Assembly (NCBI GenBank): GCA_036733165.1
Contig: DAINBB010000004.1
Span: forward strand, 7,198 to 71,197
Direction of reading: 5' to 3'
DNA from: Halobacteria archaeon
GTDB taxonomy: Archaea; Methanobacteriota_B; Thermococci; Methanofastidiosales; NM3
DNA length: 64,000 nt
Shown here: one piece after another, positions 28,690-37,891 of the stretch
How the letters are laid out: every line of letters starts with the position of its first letter
Numbering within the stretch: position 1 is the stretch's first letter
Position numbers and translations under genes: made by a program
The notes under the pieces: generated by a model
The model's database searches: none
Told to the model about the DNA's origin: nothing
Seen by the model: only the letters and a program-made list of their open reading frames with translations

Positions 28690-28730
28690 ACTTCAAAGGG
28701 AGCGTAGCAACAACAAGGAGGTGTTATACC

Positions 28731-29363
28731 TTGATAGAGGCAATAACACGAGGGGTGAAGGAGGCTAGAGAGAAATCAAAGCCGCGAAACTTCACGCAAT
28801 CCTTTGAACTTATAACAAATCTAAAAGAGGTCGACATCAAGAAGCCTGAGTTCAAGATCAGGCAAGAAGTGGCACTGCCCAATGGTAGAGGCAAGCCCGT
28901 CAAAGTGGCTGTCATTGCCGAAAGGGACATGGCACTGAAGGCCAAGGAACTTGGACTTGATGTCATAGAGGATTTGGATACGTTCTCAGGGAACAAGCGT
29001 GAAGCACGTAAGTTCGCGAACAATCATGATTTCTTCATAGCCCAAGCAGACCTGATGCCAACAATTGGTAAGGCGCTTGGACCAATCCTTGCCCCAAGAG
29101 GAAAGATGCCTAAGCCAATGCCACCAACGGCACCGTTGGAGGGCATAATTAGCAATCTAGACAAAACAGTGAAAATCGACATGAAAAAGGCTCCAGTGGT
29201 GCAGGTCCTCATAGGGTCCGAATCACTGACCGATGAGCAGGTTGCAGAGAACGCTATGGCTATTTTGGGCGTCATTGAAAGAAAGTACGAACGTGGACTG
29301 GCACATGTAAAATCGATATTCATCAAGACTACCATGGGAGAGTCCATCAAGGTGGAGGTGTGA
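28731..29363 (+). CDS. rpl1: 50S ribosomal protein L1 (uL1)
   Basis: 'FDLI...GKALGP.LAPRGKMP', typical position after L11. Non-ATG (TTG) start. Confidence 0.9.
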   Translation: MIEAITRGVKEAREKSKPRNFTQSFELITNLKEVDIKKPEFKIRQEVALPNGRGKPVKVAVIAERDMALKAKELGLDVIEDLDTFSGNKREARKFANNHDFFIAQADLMPTIGKALGPILAPRGKMPKPMPPTAPLEGIISNLDKTVKIDMKKAPVVQVLIGSESLTDEQVAENAMAILGVIERKYERGLAHVKSIFIKTTMGESIKVEV

Positions 29364-29367
29364 GCAT

Positions 29368-30384
29368 ATGGCGCACGTTGCAGCTTGGAAGATTAAGGAA
29401 GTCAAGGAGCTCAAGGAAGCGATTGATTCACACCCAGTGGTCGGTATCGTTGACATAAGCGGGATCGCCGCAAGGCAACTGCAGTCGATGAGAAACGGAT
29501 TCCACGAGAATGTCCAGATTAGGACAGCCAGGAACACCCTTCTTAAAATAGCGATCGAAGATGCGGATAACGAGAGTGTGAGAGGCCTATCGGAACATAT
29601 CAGTGGAGGTTCTTCACTGGTCCTGACCGATATGAACCCCTACAGGCTCTACAAGTTGTTCGAGAAGGGAAAGACCAGCGCACCTGCAAAGGGTGGCGAA
29701 ACCTGTCCGAAAGACATAACCATCGAGAAGGGAGACACTGGATTTCCACCTGGCCCTCTGGTAGGCGAGATGCAAAGGGTAGGCATACCCGCTGCGATCG
29801 AAGGAGGAAAGATCGTTGTGAAGAAGAACCATGTGCTGTTGCACGAAGGGGACGAGATAACCCCTGAAGTGGCCGCCATTCTTGGAAAACTGGACATTGA
29901 ACCACTCGAAGTAGGCCTAAATCTTTATGCCGTATACGAAGAGGGATTCATATTCAATGCCAAGGACCTGGCGATAGACGAAGAGGCAATAAAAAGCCAA
30001 TTCGCTCTGGCATATTCACAATCGTTCAATCTTGCAATGAACGCAGCCATACCGACCAAGGACACTATTGGCCTGCTTATTACACTGGCCTTCAGCAATG
30101 CAAGGAATCTTGCCCTAAACGCCAATATCATCAATGATGAAACTTTGCCATTGATAATCTCCAAGGGATACTCGGAGATGTTATCGCTGGCAAGAGCGTT
30201 GGACGACCAATCGCTTGATGATGATCTGAAGGACAAAGTGGGATCCTTTGCGGCTGCCGCCGCTTCGACACAGACGCCAAAGGAAGACAAATCCGAAGAA
30301 GGGACCAGTGAGGAAGAGTCCAAAGAGGAAGAAGAGGCCCCCGAGGAGGAATCCATGGGTGGACTTGACGCCCTGTTTGGGTAG
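29368..30384 (+). CDS. rplP0: 50S ribosomal protein L10 / acidic P0 (uL10)
   Basis: Conserved N-terminus '[15 protein letters not shown]'. Acidic tail ending '[13 protein letters not shown]'. Confidence 0.9.
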   Translation: MAHVAAWKIKEVKELKEAIDSHPVVGIVDISGIAARQLQSMRNGFHENVQIRTARNTLLKIAIEDADNESVRGLSEHISGGSSLVLTDMNPYRLYKLFEKGKTSAPAKGGETCPKDITIEKGDTGFPPGPLVGEMQRVGIPAAIEGGKIVVKKNHVLLHEGDEITPEVAAILGKLDIEPLEVGLNLYAVYEEGFIFNAKDLAIDEEAIKSQFALAYSQSFNLAMNAAIPTKDTIGLLITLAFSNARNLALNANIINDETLPLIISKGYSEMLSLARALDDQSLDDDLKDKVGSFAAAAASTQTPKEDKSEEGTSEEESKEEEEAPEEESMGGLDALFG

Positions 30385-30407
30385 TTATGATAATAGGAGG
30401 TATTGAA

Positions 30408-30719
30408 ATGGAGTATATATACGCCGCAATGATTTTGCACGCTTCAGCAAAGGAGATCACTGAGGACAACGTGAAGAAGATCCTCGAGGCAGCTGGTGTG
30501 GACGTCGACGAGGCGAGGGTAAAGGCACTTGTTGCATCCCTTGAGAACATCGACATCGATGATGCCATCAAGACAGCTGCAATGCCAATGGCCGCCGCAG
30601 CGCCTGCAGCCGCATCTCCGGCCGCATCACAGGATGCTTCAGCTGAGGAAGAAGAGGAAGAAGAGGAAGAAGCTTCAGAGGAAGAGGCACTCGAAGGACT
30701 TGGTGCTCTCTTCGGTTGA
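30408..30719 (+). CDS. rpl12: 50S ribosomal stalk protein L12 / P1
   Basis: '[11 protein letters not shown]...' Ala/Glu-rich tail ending '[13 protein letters not shown]'. RBS GGAGG 8 nt upstream of this ATG. Confidence 0.9.
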   Translation: MEYIYAAMILHASAKEITEDNVKKILEAAGVDVDEARVKALVASLENIDIDDAIKTAAMPMAAAAPAAASPAASQDASAEEEEEEEEEASEEEALEGLGALFG

Positions 30720-30734
30720 AGCGGGACCTTTATA

Positions 30735-30800
30735 AAGGCTCTATATTCCTTTTATTTTTTTCTTTTGTTTTTATTTGAACTTCTTTTTTTGAGCTACGGA
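30735..30800 (+). terminator. Oligo-T tract terminator after the ribosomal stalk operon
   Basis: 'ccttttatttttttcttttgtttttatttgaacttctttttttgag': several T5-T7 runs immediately 3' of rpl12, typical of archaeal termination signals. Confidence 0.4.
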
Positions 30801-31065
30801 TATTTTTCAATCCTCAACAATAATTTTTCTAGTTAATATAGATCGATTTTGTTAATTCATAGGGATGACTATCTTTTGGTGATGGGCCTTGGAAATTATC
30901 AATAACAGATGATAATATTACATATGATATGCATCATGAGAATATATATTATTTATTTAACATGGATGTATTATCCATCCGCCTTACATGTACGGGAGAG
31001 ACTATAAGTTGCTCCAAATCAATCACTTCGTAGAAAAACAATTTTTAGAACTTAGGAGGAATAAT

Positions 31066-31719
31066 ATGTCAGAAAAAGAGCTTTTCGCAAAGCTTAACAC
31101 AGCCGTCGTCAAGGGAGACAACGTCGGTATCCAGGGCATCTGCAAAGAGGTCCTGGACAGTGGGGTCGACCCCTACCGCGCCCTCATCGAAGGCTGTGCC
31201 GAGGGAATGAGGGTCGTCTCGGACAAGTACGACAAGAAAGAGATGTTCGTACCTCAGATCCTTCTCTCGTCAAGGGCCATGTACGCCGCGATGGACGTGC
31301 TCAAGCCCCATATAGAGACGGACGAGACCACCGTCACGGGCAAGATCGTCCTCGGCACCGTGGAGGGCGACATCCACGACATAGGGAAAAACATCGTCAA
31401 GCTGCTGCTCGAGGTGGCCGGATTCGAGGTCTTCGACCTCGGAAGGAGCGTACCGCTCCAGAGCTTCGTCGAGACGGCGAGGGAGAAGAGCGCGGACATC
31501 ATAGGGATGTCGGCCCTGATGTCGACGTCCATGCTCGGCATGCCCGAAGTCATAGAGATGCTCAAGAACGCGGGGATACGCGACCAGGTCAAGGTCATGA
31601 TAGGCGGGGCCCCGATAACCGAGCAGTACAAGGACAAGATAGGGGCCGACGGATTCGCCACCAACGGTCCGGGGGCGATAAAGCTGGCAGAGGGCCTGAT
31701 GAAGGAGAAGGGGGCGTGA
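31066..31719 (+). CDS. Methyltransferase cognate corrinoid protein (MtaC/MtbC/MtsB-like, B12-binding)
   Basis: B12-binding 'D-x-H-x-x-G' motif 'VEGDIHDIGKN', 'GMSALMS', N-terminal helical cap. RBS 'aggagga' before the ATG at 31066. The gene is visibly GC-richer (~60%) than its flanks. Confidence 0.85.
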   Translation: MSEKELFAKLNTAVVKGDNVGIQGICKEVLDSGVDPYRALIEGCAEGMRVVSDKYDKKEMFVPQILLSSRAMYAAMDVLKPHIETDETTVTGKIVLGTVEGDIHDIGKNIVKLLLEVAGFEVFDLGRSVPLQSFVETAREKSADIIGMSALMSTSMLGMPEVIEMLKNAGIRDQVKVMIGGAPITEQYKDKIGADGFATNGPGAIKLAEGLMKEKGA

Positions 31720-31722
31720 AGT

Positions 31723-32778
31723 ATGGAGGTATCCCAGAGATGGCTCAGCTTCCTCAGGGGCGAGGAGGTCGACAGACCGCCGGTCTTTCCTTTATCACAG
31801 GGGCACTGTGCCAAGATCATGGGCGCGCCCAATCTCGGTGACTACTATACAAAACCAAAGTTCAATGTAGAGGCGCAGATTATAGCACGAGAGATGTATG
31901 GCTATGACCAGCCACCAACTTTCATAGAGCCAGGATATGGGTGCGAATGTTGGGGGGGCAAGGTCCTACAACCATACAATCCAAAGATGGGGGCTCCGGT
32001 ACCTATTAGGCCCGCCTGTCTGACACCAGAAGAGTTGGAGAAGGTCGACATACCAGACCCAAGGACAGCAAGTTGGATGCCAGAGTATAGGGAAATGATG
32101 AGACTGGCAATTGAGAAGAATCAGAAACCATACCCCATCATACCTGGAGGCTTCATTTCAACGACAGCGCCGATGTTAGTCCCAATGGAGACCTTTATGA
32201 TATGGTTGATGGAAGCACCAGACCTAGCCCACAAGGCGCTTTCAAAAACGGCGGAATTCGGAATATCCCTGGTCGAGTCCTTTGTAGAGGACTTTGGCAA
32301 CGATACATGGTATCCATTTGAAGGCACGCCGACCGACTCCAATGTGTTGATAGATCCAAACATGTTCGCTGAATTCCCCTTGAGATATGCCAAAAGGCTA
32401 AATGAGAAAATAGTGGACATGGGCCTGTCCATATGGATACACTGGTGCTCAGACCATAGTGGCAACATGAAGGCGGGACATGTGCATAGCATGCCTGTTG
32501 GGCCGGAAGGATTCATAAATATGGGTCCAGAGGTTCCAATGGATGTCCAGGCTGAAAAGCTGGGAGATAAATACAGACTAGTCGGAAATATCAATCCGCC
32601 TCTCATTATGTCTGCCGAGTTCGATGAATGGCAAGACATATGCCTCAAGAATATCGAGGAAGGCACAAAGGCAAAGATGGGATACGCGCTTGGCGTGGGT
32701 TGCGAACTTCCACCGCCGGCCCCTCCGTCAAATGTGTTCGGCATGGTCAAGGCAGCAGAGGAATATGGAAGACGTTGA
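31723..32778 (+). CDS. Methylcobamide:CoM methyltransferase-like protein (MtaA/MtbA/MtsA family, URO-D fold)
   Basis: 'RWLSFLRGEEVDRPPVFPL' aligns with the MtaA N-terminus 'RLLAALKGEPVDKVPVCSV'. Zn ligands conserved ('IHWCSDH', 'GVGCELPPP'). 3 nt after the corrinoid gene stop. Confidence 0.8.
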   Translation: MEVSQRWLSFLRGEEVDRPPVFPLSQGHCAKIMGAPNLGDYYTKPKFNVEAQIIAREMYGYDQPPTFIEPGYGCECWGGKVLQPYNPKMGAPVPIRPACLTPEELEKVDIPDPRTASWMPEYREMMRLAIEKNQKPYPIIPGGFISTTAPMLVPMETFMIWLMEAPDLAHKALSKTAEFGISLVESFVEDFGNDTWYPFEGTPTDSNVLIDPNMFAEFPLRYAKRLNEKIVDMGLSIWIHWCSDHSGNMKAGHVHSMPVGPEGFINMGPEVPMDVQAEKLGDKYRLVGNINPPLIMSAEFDEWQDICLKNIEEGTKAKMGYALGVGCELPPPAPPSNVFGMVKAAEEYGRR

Positions 32779-32848
32779 TCTTCCTTTATCTTTTTTTATT
32801 CGAACTAAAAAACATGTTTCTAGTAATTAAACTAAGATCAAATGTCCT

Positions 32849-33175
32849 CTAGATGGTGTCGTAATACTTGGAAAAGGTATTTGACATGCGTTCTATTCCT
32901 CTTCCGCTCATGGTGCCGGCCAATGGGAATTCCTGATCGCATTTTGGGCATCTGGCCAATTTACATCCCGAGGCTGATCTTGCACACCCGGAACATGCTA
33001 TCGCCCTGCCGTAAATTATGTTGAAAACAAAACCACATTTCGGACATTTCAGAGTTTTGGAAGATTCCGGTACATTGATTCCCTTAGATGTCCTCATCTT
33101 GTCAATGAATCGGTCATAGTATGCAGGATCCCTATATTCTGTATTTTCAATCTTCTTCATGGATCTTGTTTTCAT
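32849..33175 (-). CDS. Zinc-ribbon protein, hypothetical
   Basis: 'CPKCGFVFN...CSGCARSASGCKLARCPKCDQEF': three CxxC pairs. No other motif. Confidence 0.45.
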   Translation of the reverse strand: MKTRSMKKIENTEYRDPAYYDRFIDKMRTSKGINVPESSKTLKCPKCGFVFNIIYGRAIACSGCARSASGCKLARCPKCDQEFPLAGTMSGRGIERMSNTFSKYYDTI

Positions 33176-33279
33176 GCTAGAAAAATATCAGTGAACGTTT
33201 ATATAAATAATGGCTGAATCACCTTCGTATGCCAAATAGATGATTTTAAAGAAATATTATTCTTTTATAAAAGACATAA

Positions 33280-33651
33280 CTAAAAAAATAGATAGGTCAA
33301 GGGACCTTTACGAGGTTTGTATATGCCAGCACGTTCTCCAAAGGCGTCCTTGGGGACAGACCACAGCCCGGCGCCAGCACCCTCTACACCGTCATCTATG
33401 CATTGCTGCGCCTCCGCCTCAACAGTAAGACAAAATGGCACTCTGACGCTCCCTATACCTGCATGTTCCCATGCGCCATAGGCAAGGTCTGCCATCTTAT
33501 TGGCGTTCTTGTGGGCATCCGGCCAATATGACCCCGTCTTTTCCATGAGAGATACAGTACCAGTCTGGAGGGGACAACTGCAGGAGACCCTATCTGTTTC
33601 CTTCCCTTCGAGGGTTCTGATATATCTTTCCTTGGGTGATAGTTTATCCAT
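33280..33651 (-). pseudogene. Truncated N-terminal fragment of a canonical MtaA/MtbA-type methylcobamide:CoM methyltransferase
   Basis: 'LSPKERYIRTLEGKETDRVSCSCPLQTGTVSLMEKTGSYWPDAHKNANKMADLAYGAWEHAGIGSVRVPFCLTVEAEA' is collinear with M. barkeri MtaA residues ~5-100 ('LKTRLLAALKGEPVDKVPVCSVTQTGIVELMD...WPEAH...VRLPYCLTVLVEA'). The ORF stops after 123 aa, and there is no room for the remaining ~220 aa. Confidence 0.6.
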
Positions 33652-33779
33652 TCAAAATATTGAAAACAGTTCAGTTCATTTATATTAATAGTATATTCCA
33701 TATTGGTATAAAAATAATATAATACAGGATAAATAGGAATAAATCACGAAGATAATATGTTCATGACAAGTATCATTCC

Positions 33780-34793
33780 TCATTTTTCTATTCTAGAAAA
33801 ACTGCCTAACACTACCAATGACCTAACGCTCAATTGGCCCAGCCACTCATCGTAGGCACTCGCCATCTGGCCCGAGTATATCTCATTGCCCCAGTGGGGT
33901 TTGATAATTCCATCCTTCCTGAGCATATCGATAATATAGTCAAGATTGCGGTCTATTGCGTCATCCCCTAAGCCAAATCTATTTGAATTTGAAGTTGGAA
34001 CAAAGTCCAGGGGGCGCGGATTGTACCTGTCCCATTTGTCGGCATCAAGGCATACCAGTTGCTCCACAGCCTTCGTGATGTCATTTTCGAAAAGTGTCGA
34101 AATGCGCTCTGGAAGTGCTTCGTACAGTCTGATGTAGCAATATAGTTCATGTGGGGAACTGTATTCCTGCCTTCCCCTAAATTTTTCAAGCGCCACATTC
34201 ACCAACGCATCCACATCAAGCGTGTCGACAAGGTCCCTGTACCCATAGATGTAACCTATAAGCTCCGCAGACGGATTTCCCCAATGCTCGTCGATCGCTG
34301 TCATCTCCTTGTTGTTGTCATAATGCCACCACGGGGCATGCGGGTGAAGATTGACATAGGGAGGAACGGCGAGCCACCCTTCCCTGGCCATGTCAAAGGT
34401 GCATTCAAGATAGTCAATGGCAGAAAGTGCCATAGATTCGGTCGCTTCCCTGTCAGGAAGAGAGTAAAGTATCCTGAGGGCAATAGATGTGGCCATGGCG
34501 GAGGATGACGGCAGGCGGAAGTCAGGTTCCAAAGCGTTCCCAAAACCGCCATCGCGATTCTGATATTGGGATAGGCACTCAATGACACCCTCGCTTTCCA
34601 GACCATGGAAATGATGGTCGAAAATGGCCTTGTCAATGTCCCTGGCAACTCCTTTTATCTGCTCTTCCGCTTGTTCAAACTGTTCCCTTGATAACATCAA
34701 CAACTCACTCACCTCTTGAAAGGACACGATAGATGGTAACGTTGGATAGAGCAACACCTTGCCCCTGTGACCGATTTTTTTTATATTGTACAT
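33780..34793 (-). CDS. Hypothetical protein with prenyltransferase/terpene-cyclase-like repeat (alpha/alpha-toroid?)
   Basis: 'QNRDGGFGN' resembles the Q-x-x-D-G-G-(F/W)-G repeat of prenyltransferase beta subunits and squalene cyclases. The likely start is the internal Met ('MLSREQ', ~34697). Confidence 0.3.
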   Translation of the reverse strand: MYNIKKIGHRGKVLLYPTLPSIVSFQEVSELLMLSREQFEQAEEQIKGVARDIDKAIFDHHFHGLESEGVIECLSQYQNRDGGFGNALEPDFRLPSSSAMATSIALRILYSLPDREATESMALSAIDYLECTFDMAREGWLAVPPYVNLHPHAPWWHYDNNKEMTAIDEHWGNPSAELIGYIYGYRDLVDTLDVDALVNVALEKFRGRQEYSSPHELYCYIRLYEALPERISTLFENDITKAVEQLVCLDADKWDRYNPRPLDFVPTSNSNRFGLGDDAIDRNLDYIIDMLRKDGIIKPHWGNEIYSGQMASAYDEWLGQLSVRSLVVLGSFSRIEK

Positions 34794-34918
34794 CCATCAT
34801 GCCAGCACAGTTCCCATTGTATCTACAAAGATATAAATATTGTCAAAAATCAGAATGTTGAAAATTATCCGTGGGGCGGGCCTTGGCTGGCATGACACCC
34901 CAAAATGGCCACCCCTCT

Positions 34919-36655
34919 CTATTTGACCGTGACGCTCTTTGCAAGATTCCTTGGTTTGTCTATGGGAAGACACTTCTCCTTGGCAATATAATAGGCGAAC
35001 AACTGCCCTATTATCGTTGCAGTTATGGAAAAGGAACCTGGAACGCTCCTCGGCAGGAGAAATGTCGGTTCAAAGTCGGGATTGTCCGATATGGTGATGA
35101 CATTCGCCCCCCTGGCCTCGACCTCCTCCGTGTTAGAAAGCATATCATAGTCCGAGTTCTGTATGAACGCGAACACCGTCGTGCCTTCCTCGATCAGCGC
35201 TATGGTGCCATGCTTGAGCTCTCCCCCCATCATTCCCTCCGCGTGTATGTACGCTATCTCCTTGAGCTTGAGGGCCACTTCTCTCGAGAGAGGGTATGAT
35301 ATGCCCCTTCCTATCACATATATGTCCTTGGCGTCCTTCAGCAAGGGGGAAAGTTCCTTTATCTTCGCCTCAGAGCTGCGTATCGTATCCTCTATCATAG
35401 GGGGTATCTCATCTATGTCTGTGCCAAATCCCAAAAGGTTTGCAAGTTTTATCAACGTGAGTACTTGATTGGTGTATGTCTTGGTAGATGCGACGCATAT
35501 CTCCTGACCCGCATGGATCTCGATAGAGATGTCCGAGAGCCTTTGGATGGTAGAGTAGGGGACATTTACTATCGAGACGATCTTTGAGCCCTTTCCCTTC
35601 GCATACTTCAATGCCTTGACCACATCCATCGTCTCGCCGCTTTGCGAAATGGCTATTACAAGTGCGTCGCTGTCGGCCAGCATGAAGTTATGGAACTCCG
35701 ATGCGATAAGTGTATGGGCCTCTATGCCTACGGTATTGAGCATATACACCCCCGCAAGGGATGCATGGTAGGATGTTCCCGCTGCGACAAACAGGACCCT
35801 CTTGGCCGCCCTGCACAGGTCGGATATTTCATCCATCTTCTTTTTTTGGACTGTGTTCATGGATTCGATGAGAATCCTGGCCATGTCAGGTTGTTCATGG
35901 ATCTCCTTTATCATATAATGGTCATGTTTCTCGTCTTTGTGGCTGGTACCTGTCCAGCTGACCTCTGTGATCTCCTTTTTGATAGGGCCTTTGACATTAC
36001 GGAAGGAATAGGAATCTGGGTTGACGATGGCATATTCATCATCATCAAAGAATATGGCCTTCGTGGTCTTGTCGGAGAATGCGTATATGTCCGATGCCAG
36101 GACGAATCCATCGTCCAAGACCCCCATCACAAGCGGCGAGTCCCTCTTGATGGCATATAGCGTCCCATGTTCCTTCAAAAGCATCAATATGGCAAATGTC
36201 CCAACGGCCTCGCCGATAAATGCCTTGATAGAATCCTCAACGTCCATTCCCGAATCAAGGCTGTCCTGTATGAAGTTCGCGATGACCTCCGTATCGGTCT
36301 GTGAGAGGAACACGAATCCCTTGTCCATTAGTTTTCTTTTCATGTCCTCATAGTTTTCGATGATGCCATTATGGACGACCATTACATTTCCGTTGTTGGA
36401 AGTATGGGGATGGGCATTTTCCTTTGTCACCTTTCCATGTGTTGCCCACCTTGTATGAGATATGGCCAGCCTTGTCCTTTTGGAATCGAATCCTTTGATG
36501 AAATCATTTATCTCACCCACAGCCTTTATGACAACGCCATCGGAAGTGGCGATCCCAACCGAGTCGTATCCCCTGTATTCCAATCTTTTCAGAGCTTTTA
36601 TCACGTCGATTGTGTCAAACGGACGTTTCGATACCATGCCGACAATACCACACAT
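34919..36655 (-). CDS. glmS: Glutamine--fructose-6-phosphate aminotransferase (GlmS)
   Basis: N-terminal 'MCGIVGMV' (Cys2 nucleophile), 'HTRWATHG'. Two SIS domains. C-terminus '...DKPRNLAKSVTVK'. Confidence 0.95.
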   Translation of the reverse strand: MCGIVGMVSKRPFDTIDVIKALKRLEYRGYDSVGIATSDGVVIKAVGEINDFIKGFDSKRTRLAISHTRWATHGKVTKENAHPHTSNNGNVMVVHNGIIENYEDMKRKLMDKGFVFLSQTDTEVIANFIQDSLDSGMDVEDSIKAFIGEAVGTFAILMLLKEHGTLYAIKRDSPLVMGVLDDGFVLASDIYAFSDKTTKAIFFDDDEYAIVNPDSYSFRNVKGPIKKEITEVSWTGTSHKDEKHDHYMIKEIHEQPDMARILIESMNTVQKKKMDEISDLCRAAKRVLFVAAGTSYHASLAGVYMLNTVGIEAHTLIASEFHNFMLADSDALVIAISQSGETMDVVKALKYAKGKGSKIVSIVNVPYSTIQRLSDISIEIHAGQEICVASTKTYTNQVLTLIKLANLLGFGTDIDEIPPMIEDTIRSSEAKIKELSPLLKDAKDIYVIGRGISYPLSREVALKLKEIAYIHAEGMMGGELKHGTIALIEEGTTVFAFIQNSDYDMLSNTEEVEARGANVITISDNPDFEPTFLLPRSVPGSFSITATIIGQLFAYYIAKEKCLPIDKPRNLAKSVTVK

Positions 36656-36863
36656 GTCTGTTCACCTCAACATATCGGATTGATTATCAATATTATATAT
36701 TATTAGTATATAATGGAATGGCCTTACATTGTATATTAATGTATCGGATGCAATGATTATCCTGCTTTGCAAGATGTGCACCGTGAATGATGATTAATGC
36801 CAATATTGAATAAGAATAATGATTTGAACGATTTCTTGGCCCATTATATGAAACGAAACTGTA

Positions 36864-37796
36864 TTATAAAATGAATATTGTGATTATCAGACTTAAGAAC
36901 CCAAATAAAGCCCCTATTGACCATAATAGAAGGACAAGGGAGTATTCCTTCAATCTGAACCTTGATGTGAGAAAGTTGGCCACGGAACTATAGGGCGGCG
37001 GCGTCAGATACCCATATTCGTCCACCTTGGTCGGACCATAACTTACACCCTTGAATCCTACCTTGGACTTGAGAATAAATTCCATTATCTGTGGAACGAG
37101 AACAACGATGCCAAGAATGACATTTCCCCCAACGATAACAGATATGCCGATGGCCCCACCGATCAGTAGTGTGCCAGTATCCCCAGGAAACACCCTGGCA
37201 GGATACTTGTTGTATACGAGGAATGCCAGCAATGAAGCGAACACTGGGAGAAGAATCCACTTCATTGTTTCATTGCCGAGCAGCTGGGCATCCAGGAGCA
37301 AAAAGCCTGTCGATATCACGCCGAGGCCTATGGACTCGCCGTTGAATCCTTCCAGAATGTTGGTCAGATTGGACGAAGCTGCCAGGCCTATGATGGCCAG
37401 GACTGCGTAGAGGACCCCATATCCGATGACAAACAAGGTCAAGTCGATGGAGCCTCCACTGTAGAAAAGCAAAGGTATGGCGGACAGCAGCAGCAATGAG
37501 AGTTTGGTCCTTTGCCTGATGGCGAAGATGTCATCTACGATGCCAACGATAAACACTATGGACAGCGAGGCGATAACATAAGTCCAGAGACCACTCCCAT
37601 CCGTGAATGCAATGTAGGCATAGGATGAAAGGATGCCCAGAAATATCGCGATCCCCCCCATCTCAGGAACGGCGGGCCTGTCTTTCTTGTGCCTATCCAG
37701 GCCTATCTTCCCTAAGGACGAGAAGACCCTGATGTGCAATGGGGTTAGGCACAAGGTGACTACAAATGACAAGAACGCCAATGTCGATAAGCCCAT
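36864..37796 (-). CDS. Polyprenyl-phosphate N-acetylhexosamine-1-phosphate transferase (MraY/WecA family GT4; AglH-like)
   Basis: 10-TM protein with 'IVGIVDDIFAIRQRTKL' (DDxxD-type Mg site) and 'VFPGDTGTL'. Confidence 0.75.
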   Translation of the reverse strand: MGLSTLAFLSFVVTLCLTPLHIRVFSSLGKIGLDRHKKDRPAVPEMGGIAIFLGILSSYAYIAFTDGSGLWTYVIASLSIVFIVGIVDDIFAIRQRTKLSLLLLSAIPLLFYSGGSIDLTLFVIGYGVLYAVLAIIGLAASSNLTNILEGFNGESIGLGVISTGFLLLDAQLLGNETMKWILLPVFASLLAFLVYNKYPARVFPGDTGTLLIGGAIGISVIVGGNVILGIVVLVPQIMEFILKSKVGFKGVSYGPTKVDEYGYLTPPPYSSVANFLTSRFRLKEYSLVLLLWSIGALFGFLSLIITIFIL

Positions 37797-37891
37797 AAGT
37801 TTGCATTGGGGACTGTATTTTAAATACTTCTGTTTTTAGGGACGAGGACGGTCAGGACAAACGATATAAAGCGCATATCATATGATACTCC

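Noticed and set aside
29368-30719. Repetitive GAAGAAGAGGAAGAAGAGGAAGAA tracts that looked like tandem DNA repeats
   Set aside because: They encode the poly-Glu/Ala acidic tails of ribosomal stalk proteins P0 and P1 and are a normal feature of these genes. Not a repeat element or CRISPR.
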